This document shows, in pieces, positions 30,101 to 37,834 of a DNA stretch of 64,000 nt (position 1 is its first letter; each line of letters begins with the position of its first letter). This stretch comes from Bacteroidales bacterium. GTDB lineage: Bacteria > Bacteroidota > Bacteroidia > Bacteroidales > GCA-2748055. Under the pieces are notes generated by a model. It did not search any database. It was given only the letters and a program-made list of their open reading frames with translations, and was not told where the DNA came from. The stretch covers positions 31,545 through 95,544 of the forward strand of contig JAUUZQ010000001.1 in assembly GCA_030589895.1 (NCBI GenBank), read 5' to 3'. A program made the position numbers and the translations under genes.

Positions 30101-30178
30101 CGGAGTAAAAGGGCGCAATCCCGGAAATGGGCTAAATGTTACCCCTTCTTTTCCGACAGATGACGGTATATCGCTCAT
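27119..30178 (-). CDS. STAND-class P-loop NTPase - hydrophobic helix - long coiled coil - WD40 repeats
   Basis: N-terminal PFPGLRPFTPEESKLFFGRE. Walker A GASGSGKSS, Walker B LIIVDQFEE, and LPVLQHALMRTW. Hydrophobic helix at aa 487-508 (FALVLGAIAVFAMGLFLYSQVL). An A/E/K-rich coiled coil at aa ~510-625. Multiple WD40-like blades (GHTQSINSLVFHP..., GHEGRIRKIEF...). Confidence 0.8.
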   Translation of the reverse strand: MSDIPSSVGKEGVTFSPFPGLRPFTPEESKLFFGREGQSRSVLDSLEKNRFVAVIGASGSGKSSLIYCGVVPELQKQASKKWTIVTTRPGSDPLRNLVDSFSASFTGKFKDADTEILRDQDIGLQEWIKGKKLGDQPILIIVDQFEEIFRFTGTGAADEQLNQIKRFVDLIYSGSSSEIIPVYVVLTMRSDFIGECSIFQNLTELINKSNYLIPQMTRDDFKKAIKGPVGIGGATIDEDLVDQLLDEVGIDTDQLPVLQHALMRTWEHWKLQNDPDKPISIGDYEAIGRMEKALSDHANEAFDELNESQRVICQNLFKILTEKGGDNRGLRRPNRVQKVAEIAKCSVKDIIEIAELFRTRGRTFLTPYQPVEITEETVIDISHESLMRIWDRLRLWVDEEASSVQMYNRLSEASELYQEGRTGLWRPPDLQLALNWREKQKPSATWGVQYNPAFERSMVYLSTSDTEFKKEEENKIRLQKRRLKITRSFALVLGAIAVFAMGLFLYSQVLKKEAEASAKDAKVQTEIAIEQRKEADKQKVAAQESADIATQQKLIAEDATAAAEVSKEEALVQLGRADSEAERALRSAQEAKKQERLAKANEQLANDQTLAANIAKDEATKSQILSIAKSMAVKSLQIDDDPDLQALLAFQAYKFNLKFEGWSHDADIYAGLYSARKTLLGNEYNMYKGHTQSINSLVFHPGTDDWYTAGADGRILKWSLSDSRKSFALVSQTDLLFKSLAISKDGKWLVAGTDKGGIYIYETGKPGKEPIHLNGHEGRIRKIEFANGGDFYTIGLDKRILKWNVTGKAAQVFASSKYRFNDIAIAPDGQTVGAADRSGNIFIYSIYDPEDPIILPGSVKNPSFSLDFSGDGKYFAVGDGSGIVRLYSTETWQATISLRGSTARINDVKFSPKSNYLASAGNDSKVLMWEMKNLNNSPLVMEDNKGFVFTIGFSQDEKFLISGDEANELIVRPVRSDLLIEGFCSMIKRNLTQVEWEVYVGVGENLKYQKTCLLLETEN

Positions 30179-30208
30179 ATTATGTAGATTATTCTATAAT
30201 ACTTTAGC

Positions 30209-32233
30209 TTATAATTTTATTCCAATAACAAGTATGTCGTCTACCTGATCTTCATCTCCCCTCCATCTGATTAATTCCTGATCAAGTTTCTCATACTGTT
30301 CCTCCAGCGATAGATGGTGTATACTTAATAAGAATTTCACAAACTTTCCGGACATATACTTTCCTCCCTTTTCACCTCCAAACTGATCGGCATATCCATC
30401 TGAAAACATATATACCATATCTCCATCCTTATACTCAAATTCATTGTTTGTAAAGCTTTTTTTCTCCTCCTGCAGGATATGTCCGCCAATGGCTGAGCGA
30501 TCTGCTTTAATTTTCTCCATTTCGCCGTCACGAATCATTATCAGGGGATTAAATGCTCCGGAATATTGCAATATCTTGTTCTTCTTATCTATGGTAACCA
30601 TTGCCAGGTCCATACCATCATGAACAGAATCACTATGTGTCTGCCGCAATGTATCACACACGCCCTGGTCAAGAATCCTCAGAATTTCAGAAGGTTTGGT
30701 TTCATTCTGAACATTCAGCGCATAGTTTAACTGGTTATTCCCAACAATTGACATAAATGCACCGGGTACGCCATGTCCCGTACAATCCACCGCGGCAACG
30801 ACCACCTTGCCATCTTTTGCTGCCACCCAATAGAAATCTCCACTAACAATATCCCTTGGCTTGTAAAAGAAAAAGGCGTTTGGAATAACCCTTTTAAGGT
30901 AATCATCCGGAGGAAGAATGGCATTTTGAATTCTGCTGGCATAATGAATACTGTCCTCTATCTCGGTATATGCTTTCTGCAGAGATTCATTCACTTTTGC
31001 AAGCATATTTCTCTGCTCCTGAAGTGTATCTCTTTGTGCCTCAATTTCCTCTTTCTGAGCCACAACCTCTGCTGTTCTCACACGAACCTTCTCCTCAAGC
31101 TCATTATAATAGCTCTCCAGCTGGGCTATCATCTCATTAAACTGCTCGGATAGAGAAGTAATTTCATTGTTGCCTATGACATCTGCCCGCTCACTAAAAT
31201 GTCCTGCAGTAATCCTGTTCACATTAGAAACCAGGTTCTTTATGGGATCAGTTATTACCTTGGTTTTTCTGTAGAGAAGAATAATAACAATTGCCACCAT
31301 TATAAAAAAGACAACAAAGAATTTAAATAACTCCCTGCGTACGACAGAGATCTCCTCACTCCTGTCGGATATGATCCTGATGACAGATTCTTTATAGAGA
31401 CTGGTATTCTCCCTTTCCATAAATATATAATCCCTTCTGACAGCCGTATCTGATTGCCATCCATCCAGGGTTTGTCTCCCCTTCGTCTCCATCACTTCCT
31501 TGTAAATTTCTAAAAACTCATCACTAATCTGTCCATCTCCATTTAAAGAAATCGGATTCTCCTTTCCAATAAAAAGGTGAACTGATAAAATATTCTTCTG
31601 TCCTGAAGACATCGTATTCATCCTCTCTTTAACAAAGTCTATAATGCTATCTGCCTTGGCAGAATAGATTCCCAGTTCTATAAGATATTTTCCATCCAGC
31701 GTTGGTATATAGGTAAATTTTTTCAGTCGCCTGGTAGAATTTTCAATAGTAAATTTCTCACTCATAAACCTATTGCCATGCCAAACTGATTCCAGCATCT
31801 CCTTGTGCTCTGCACCAAAATCAAACAAGTTCAAACCAAGGTCTTGCTCAAAGGTTGAATTTACAATCACCCCTTCCCTGTTTATAATATAGATATCCTC
31901 ATTTTCAGGAATCATCCCCAAATCTGCTCTGATCGCATCTAAATCTGCGGTCTCTATATCGTCAGTATTACTAAATACATCATTAATGAGAATATTGCTG
32001 TTTTCCGCAAGGATAGGGTCAATCTGCTGCTCAAGAATTCGCATCGCCATATCCTGAAGCAAATGCATTTGGCGAATTTCCTCACTAATAATTGTACTTT
32101 TATTCTCGCTGGATTCAGTTAAAATACTCCAGGTTTGCCGAACATTAATTATACCCAAAACCATCATTGCCATGACAGCCGGGATGACAATATTCAGTAT
32201 AAGCTGCTTAAATATGGTAGTTCTTTTATCCAA
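30209..32233 (-). CDS. Membrane sensor PP2C/SpoIIE phosphatase (2 TM, ~270-aa extracytoplasmic domain, HAMP, coiled coil)
   Basis: TM1 at aa 11-31 and TM2 at aa 302-321. HAMP-like segment RKTKVITDPIKNLVSNVNRITAGHF...SLSEQFNEMIAQL. PP2C motifs SGDFYWV, AAVDCTGHGVPGA, MFSDGYADQFGG, DDILVIGIKL. Confidence 0.82.
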   Translation of the reverse strand: MDKRTTIFKQLILNIVIPAVMAMMVLGIINVRQTWSILTESSENKSTIISEEIRQMHLLQDMAMRILEQQIDPILAENSNILINDVFSNTDDIETADLDAIRADLGMIPENEDIYIINREGVIVNSTFEQDLGLNLFDFGAEHKEMLESVWHGNRFMSEKFTIENSTRRLKKFTYIPTLDGKYLIELGIYSAKADSIIDFVKERMNTMSSGQKNILSVHLFIGKENPISLNGDGQISDEFLEIYKEVMETKGRQTLDGWQSDTAVRRDYIFMERENTSLYKESVIRIISDRSEEISVVRRELFKFFVVFFIMVAIVIILLYRKTKVITDPIKNLVSNVNRITAGHFSERADVIGNNEITSLSEQFNEMIAQLESYYNELEEKVRVRTAEVVAQKEEIEAQRDTLQEQRNMLAKVNESLQKAYTEIEDSIHYASRIQNAILPPDDYLKRVIPNAFFFYKPRDIVSGDFYWVAAKDGKVVVAAVDCTGHGVPGAFMSIVGNNQLNYALNVQNETKPSEILRILDQGVCDTLRQTHSDSVHDGMDLAMVTIDKKNKILQYSGAFNPLIMIRDGEMEKIKADRSAIGGHILQEEKKSFTNNEFEYKDGDMVYMFSDGYADQFGGEKGGKYMSGKFVKFLLSIHHLSLEEQYEKLDQELIRWRGDEDQVDDILVIGIKL

Positions 32234-32245
32234 TGTAATAATATA

Positions 32246-35200
32246 TTAATCTGTTTGTTTAATCTCTAATTCTATATTGCGCTCAATAAAACACATCCTT
32301 GTAAATGCTTCCAGCAAATCATGATGATCAAATAACAACTCTTTCAAAACTCGTCTGTCAATCTGATATATTGTTGTCTCCTGTTGCGATTCAACGGCTT
32401 TCAACTGATCTGTCAACTCAGGATGATCACTTGTAATAAGTCCCAGTCCATGAACCAATGATTCCCCTGCATCCAACAAATCAGAGTGAATAAAAGAAAC
32501 CAGCTGCTTATCTGAGAAGTCCTTCTCCTTTGAAAGGACAAATTCTTTGGAGAGGGAGAATAGATTTTCCAGGGATACTGTGGAAAAGGCCGGCCATTTT
32601 TTCATTGTTTCAACAATGATCATCAACAAATGCATCCCCTTCCGACTACTTTCAATAGGTGCTGTTTCAATCCGTTCTTCAGGAAAACGTGTAACAATAT
32701 CCTTGTATAATTCATTGTCTTTCAGAGAAAGTATTGTGTAAGCTGAATCACTAATTACCTGGTTGGGATGAAATACCTGGGCAGCCAACTCCAAACTTGC
32801 ATCAAGCTCATTGTGCATTCCAATAGTATTTATTGCACAAAGCCGGACATAATTCCCAAGGTGAATGCCATCTCTGCTAATGAGATCAATCAGCAATGTA
32901 TCATAGCTAAGAATCTCTACAGGCATCTCATTCTGAAGATTTCTTACCTTATCAGGAATAGCCATCTGCTCAAAATAAGGTTCAAGATAGGCGATGACTT
33001 GCTCATCAACAATTAGATTCAATAACTCCAGGGCAAAACCGGTATCATCATTTTCAGGATCCATTAAGCTGCTCTTCACATGGTCAATTGCATGCCTGTC
33101 ATAAGCAATTGCCAACAGTGTAAATAATATCTCATTCGAATGTATCAGTTCTTCTTCAATTGCTTCCAGCAATCCATTTTCCGGATTATTCTCCCGGATA
33201 ATAAACGCTGCAGTCATGTTCCATGCACCTGCAAGTGTTGTCTCGTAAATTGCCCTTATAATAAGAAGTTTTTGTTGCTCATCTGCCTTAAAACCATTCT
33301 TATACAATCCTGTTATGGCCCCTTCACGAATGGCTCTCTGATGGTAATTAATCTTGTTAAACAGATAATCATCTGACTTTTCACCACCAATAGCGATCAT
33401 GGCCGAGATAATCCTCTGTTGAACTTTCGTTGATGCCCCGGTCTTATGAAATGCATTTTCCAAATTCTCCAGAATTCCTTCTCCCATCTTCACCAATGAG
33501 GACCATGTTACAGCATACAAATCAGGATTTCCAAGATAATCTACCAGGTAAGAACCCAATTCACCGACATTTAAAATTCCTGCAGTCTCAATTGCTGCAG
33601 AACGGAATACAACATCCCTGTCTTTCAATAGCGTAATGATATGAGGCACATGACTAACATCATTCTTTCGGGCGGTTTGAACAAGAGCTGCAAAAACTTC
33701 ATCCCTATTGGATGAGCGATAAGCCATATCAATACTTTTGCCCGACAGATGATTTCTCTGAAGATAGCGATCTATCAATGCAGTTAGCTCTTTGTTCTTT
33801 ACTTTGCTCTTTATATTTTCTACCTCTTTTTCGCTAAGTGAATAAAGTGTGTCAGATACTATTTCCCAACCCAGCATTTGAATATTTCTATCCGAATGCT
33901 CCAGCATTCCATCCATCCCCCTTTCAGATACAATGTGATAGAAGTATGGATTCAATTTAATCATCTCATTATAAGCAGGTATTTCAGAAATATCTGGCAA
34001 TTCCTGTTCTTTATCCTGGTCAGAACTTTTAGCAGAGGAGCTGGCTGAAGCCAAAGAATCATTCAATGTCTTTCGGTATGACTTATATAACCATGTACCT
34101 AAAAATACCCATAAGATAAGAATGACGATAAGGATGTAAGAAAAATGAATCACCTTTACAAAGCTAATCATGAGCAGACCTGTCATTAAAAGTCCGGCGG
34201 TAAAAGCAGTCAGTTCATTTATCACACCATCAATACGGGCCTGAATATCATATCTCTCTCCCGAATCCAGCGATTGATACAGAATTTTCATCGAGGGACT
34301 TTCGATAGCATCTTTCAAAGATTTATTAAATAATTTTGAGAGTGAGATTACTAAAAAAAACAGCGTAAAGCTTCCGGCTTCAGCAGAATAACCAAATATA
34401 CCTCCAATCAGTGCTGCTGCCACAGTTAGTATCAGAACAAAAGCAGGTGATATCAACAATGCCACCCGCAATCCGTAGTTTTTCATCAACCAACCATAGA
34501 GCGTACTCTTAATAATAACAGTAAAAATCATCATCGTTCCAAAAAATGCGCCGATAAATCCTGTCAGCTCCTTACTGTCTGTATATTTTGCCTCTGTGGC
34601 CCACATAAAGGAATAGTGTACAAAAAATGCAGTAATTACACTCATAACAACAAAAAGGGCCATCATGGTAGTATACTTTCTGCGGAACAGGCCGAAGAAT
34701 CCTGTGTGTTTCTTTTTCTCAGCTGCTTCCTTTGAAACAACAGCAATGAATTTATGCTTTCTGATAAGTATCAATTGAAAAAACAATGCAATAATCAGAC
34801 TCACAAAGCCAATCAATAAGGTATTGTAGATCACAAAATTGAATTGCATCAATACAGGAACAGCATAAAATGCCAGGATCATACCTACAATAGCACCCAT
34901 ATCAATGATGCCAAATAAGCGTTTCCCGTCCCTTAAGGTAAAATACCTGCCAGCTGTACCCCAAAACCCCAAAAGACTAATGATAATAAGGGGTCCCATC
35001 ATTACAAATACAGCAAATGCAAGCCAGTCAGCTTCAATGTAGGTAAATCCAAAGCGCAGGGCTCCGGTACTCACAATTGCTATAATTAAATTTATTACGG
35101 TAAAAACTTTGAATGGAATCCGCTTTTGAAGGAAAGCATAAACGGATGTGAATACTATACCAACAATTCCGGACAGCATAAAAGCCTGAGGAATCAGGTC

Positions 35201-35350
35201 TGCACTGTACTTGTCAAGAAACAAGGCATTTGCTCCCACATCAAGTGCACCAGCAAAAATACCCAAAAATACCGACTGGGTCAATAACAAAAATACTACA
35301 CCCCGCTCCTTTTTTTCAATATTAAGAGCCTTGGCGATATTAATAGCCAT
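32246..35350 (-). CDS. TLC/MFS-like polytopic membrane protein fused to HEAT-like repeats and a degenerate cNMP-binding-like tail
   Basis: About 12 TM helices in aa 1-430. LLGFWGTAGRYFTLRDGKRLFGIIDMGAIVG resembles the ATP/ADP-translocase (TLC) FW..an...KR.y motif. The ~450-aa helical repeat region includes VPHIITLLKDRDVVFRSAAIETAG. The tail WPAFSTVSLENLF...TIYQIDRRVLKELLFDHHDLLEAF is cNMP-domain-like but lacks the GE...R(T/S)A cassette. Confidence 0.6.
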   Translation of the reverse strand: MAINIAKALNIEKKERGVVFLLLTQSVFLGIFAGALDVGANALFLDKYSADLIPQAFMLSGIVGIVFTSVYAFLQKRIPFKVFTVINLIIAIVSTGALRFGFTYIEADWLAFAVFVMMGPLIIISLLGFWGTAGRYFTLRDGKRLFGIIDMGAIVGMILAFYAVPVLMQFNFVIYNTLLIGFVSLIIALFFQLILIRKHKFIAVVSKEAAEKKKHTGFFGLFRRKYTTMMALFVVMSVITAFFVHYSFMWATEAKYTDSKELTGFIGAFFGTMMIFTVIIKSTLYGWLMKNYGLRVALLISPAFVLILTVAAALIGGIFGYSAEAGSFTLFFLVISLSKLFNKSLKDAIESPSMKILYQSLDSGERYDIQARIDGVINELTAFTAGLLMTGLLMISFVKVIHFSYILIVILILWVFLGTWLYKSYRKTLNDSLASASSSAKSSDQDKEQELPDISEIPAYNEMIKLNPYFYHIVSERGMDGMLEHSDRNIQMLGWEIVSDTLYSLSEKEVENIKSKVKNKELTALIDRYLQRNHLSGKSIDMAYRSSNRDEVFAALVQTARKNDVSHVPHIITLLKDRDVVFRSAAIETAGILNVGELGSYLVDYLGNPDLYAVTWSSLVKMGEGILENLENAFHKTGASTKVQQRIISAMIAIGGEKSDDYLFNKINYHQRAIREGAITGLYKNGFKADEQQKLLIIRAIYETTLAGAWNMTAAFIIRENNPENGLLEAIEEELIHSNEILFTLLAIAYDRHAIDHVKSSLMDPENDDTGFALELLNLIVDEQVIAYLEPYFEQMAIPDKVRNLQNEMPVEILSYDTLLIDLISRDGIHLGNYVRLCAINTIGMHNELDASLELAAQVFHPNQVISDSAYTILSLKDNELYKDIVTRFPEERIETAPIESSRKGMHLLMIIVETMKKWPAFSTVSLENLFSLSKEFVLSKEKDFSDKQLVSFIHSDLLDAGESLVHGLGLITSDHPELTDQLKAVESQQETTIYQIDRRVLKELLFDHHDLLEAFTRMCFIERNIELEIKQTD

Positions 35351-35601
35351 ACAACAGATTTAGGCATTATAAAGGAACAAAATACAAAATTTATTCCTCG
35401 GGTTGAACCTACCTGATAAAATATCGGTCAATTCAACGCAGTAATTTAAGAAAAATCACCTAAAAAATTGTTCTACAGGGAAATAATTTGGTGAACGTAG
35501 AATAAAAAAAAATACTAAAATCATTGTTTTTGACGAATGGACTATTTCATTTTTAAAATATTTTAATAATTTTAAGGACTGTAAACCTAAAACACCAATT
35601 C

Positions 35602-36375
35602 ATGTTTGGACTAGACGAAGGTGTTGACAAGAAGATTGCACTGAGACGAGAAGTTGTCTTTGTTATTCTCTCCGGAGTTTTTCTGGGGACGCTTGCTGTG
35701 CTGAATATTCTGGGAATATCCAGGCAGATCGATCTTTCATTTAATCTTGGAAATCTTCATGTTCCTTTCGTTGTATTTGTTGGTGTTTTGCCCTATCCAA
35801 TCACTTTCCTTTGTACTGACTTTATCAGTGAGCTATACGGTAAACGACGTGCCAATATGGTAGTGTGGGTAGGCTTATTGTTAAACATTTGGGTATTGTT
35901 TATACTTTGGCTGGGTGGTGTGCTGCCTCCTCATCCTGAAATTTTAGAAAATGGATTACCGGCTTTGGATAATCCGAATTACACTTTCTTTAATATCCGG
36001 AGATTAACCTCATTGGCTACTGCAGCTTCCATGATTGCATATTTAACAGCCCAATTTGTTGATGTACAGATTTTTCATTTGTTGAAACGAATGACGAAAG
36101 GAAAAATGCTCTGGTTAAGAAACAATGGATCTACGCTAACAAGTCAAATGGTAGATTCTATTGCCGTACTTACTATAACTTTCTTCTGGGCCCCTGATGC
36201 AATTCATATCTCTCCGGGAGGAACTGTAATGCATGGATTAATCATTCTAATACTTTCAAATTATATGTTTAAGATGGTATCAGCGCTGCTTGACACCATC
36301 CCATTCATCTTAGGTGTGAAGTTCTTTTCAAAGTATCTTCAACTAGATCCTAATGAGGGTTACCAGGAAAAATAA
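35602..36375 (+). CDS. yhhQ: Queuosine-precursor transporter (YhhQ/VUT family)
   Basis: 257-aa membrane protein with the family signature VLPYPITFLCTDFISELYGKRRAN. Confidence 0.8.
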   Translation: MFGLDEGVDKKIALRREVVFVILSGVFLGTLAVLNILGISRQIDLSFNLGNLHVPFVVFVGVLPYPITFLCTDFISELYGKRRANMVVWVGLLLNIWVLFILWLGGVLPPHPEILENGLPALDNPNYTFFNIRRLTSLATAASMIAYLTAQFVDVQIFHLLKRMTKGKMLWLRNNGSTLTSQMVDSIAVLTITFFWAPDAIHISPGGTVMHGLIILILSNYMFKMVSALLDTIPFILGVKFFSKYLQLDPNEGYQEK

Positions 36376-36452
36376 TTAAAAAAAGCCACCCGCCGCTGCG
36401 GATGACCCTTCATTTGATTACCAGTGTGAATGAACAAGCTGTTCAGACTTTC

Positions 36453-37559
36453 CTAGTTAAAAGATATCTCAAGATTTGCTATTGTTTTTGGATTGTATGG
36501 TGAGAGACCTTCAAGTCTTCCGGCAACACCATTGTACTCATCACCCGGTGCAGTTCCACCCTGGACAAAACCATTTCCATCGAAGAACCCCGGTGCCTCT
36601 GTATTTGTCAACCATGCTTCAATCAAATCATCACTTGCATTTGGCCATACTGCTTTTACTTCTCCGGTAAATACATTCTTGATAGAATATTCTTCCAGCA
36701 ATACAGTACGTCCTGTTGCATCCAATGTACTCAGTGGAAGACCAACTTCAGCAGCTGCCACATCCCTGTTGTCTTCACCTGAAGCCACAAATGCCCAGTT
36801 ATATCCTGTTGTAGCGGTCAGAAGTTTTGCATTTGGATGACTTGAGTTTCCATAGACATCAACAAAATCTCCCTTTTTTCCTACAAACATTTTCATGGCG
36901 TTCATGGCAAATGGCTCCAACAAAGGATCAATCGATGGCAAGTCAGTGATTGAAACAATCATATGTGCATCATAACCCATCTCACCTGCTTCGCTATAAT
37001 CGATACGGAACATTGCATCTAATATGTCACCATCACTCCTTCTGTCGATATTGTATGGCTTCAACAGCGAAATACCTTCCCGCGGATTCTCATTCCAGAA
37101 TATCTGAATAGCTTTTCCACCATCATCATTTCCTTCTGATTCTGCATCTGTAATGGTCAAGCCATAGTCCCACAAACGATCTTCAAACTCTGGAGCTGCT
37201 TCAACAACCAGGTTCTTAATTCTACCGTCATCATCACTTTCATAAGTAAGGGTCTTGATACGATCAATGTCGTAAACCTTGATAGACCAGATAATACTCT
37301 CTACAATCTCAGCAGCCTCCTCACCAACATGAATAAAAAAGGTCAGGTGTTCATAGATATTATTTCCTTTCATAGTGTCAATGGCCACACTTTTCTTGGA
37401 AGATATGTCCTGTGATATTGCATCCGGAATATCTACAGAAAATCTATCGGGAAGAATACTGTTCTCATTACCTGTTCCGATGGGATCAGTTTCACAAGAG
37501 GTGAAAAACATCGCTCCTGCTAAAAAAACTACAAACGAAATTAAACTTAACTTTTTCAT
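36453..37559 (-). CDS. Lipoprotein, function unknown
   Basis: Lipobox FFTSC. 368 aa, acidic, with no recognisable motif. Confidence 0.5.
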   Translation of the reverse strand: MKKLSLISFVVFLAGAMFFTSCETDPIGTGNENSILPDRFSVDIPDAISQDISSKKSVAIDTMKGNNIYEHLTFFIHVGEEAAEIVESIIWSIKVYDIDRIKTLTYESDDDGRIKNLVVEAAPEFEDRLWDYGLTITDAESEGNDDGGKAIQIFWNENPREGISLLKPYNIDRRSDGDILDAMFRIDYSEAGEMGYDAHMIVSITDLPSIDPLLEPFAMNAMKMFVGKKGDFVDVYGNSSHPNAKLLTATTGYNWAFVASGEDNRDVAAAEVGLPLSTLDATGRTVLLEEYSIKNVFTGEVKAVWPNASDDLIEAWLTNTEAPGFFDGNGFVQGGTAPGDEYNGVAGRLEGLSPYNPKTIANLEISFN

Positions 37560-37834
37560 GATCTTAAATTTTAATTATTAATTAATTTTTGTTTTGATTT
37601 CAAACTTTTTTCGCGTCTTCATCAATATCACACACATACCCCGGCCTTACCCCTATGCCTGAGATGGAAAAAGTGAAAATAAAATTGTATTAAACTGATT
37701 TAATGATGGTTGCAATTGGCGTTTTTTGAAAAATTCTTAGAATATGAGGCTCTGAATTACTCCTGAGGAGCGACATCTCTATATAAGGAAGGAAATATTA
37801 CCGGCTTGTTTTAGGTTCTGTTGAATCCTGAAAT

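Noticed and set aside
35472-35520. preQ1-I riboswitch-like element upstream of the yhhQ queuosine-precursor transporter: stem TCTAC/GTAGA followed by an A-rich tail, ATAAAAAAAAATACTAAAA.
   Set aside because: The context is attractive, and the 5-bp stem plus AUAAAAAA..CUAA tail mimic the class I outline. But the loop is 20 nt (AGGGAAATAATTTGGTGAAC) and lacks the conserved UUC...AC(C) nucleotides. No terminator or start-codon sequestration follows, and the ATG is 80 nt away. A covariance-model scan (Rfam preQ1-I/II/III) would settle it.
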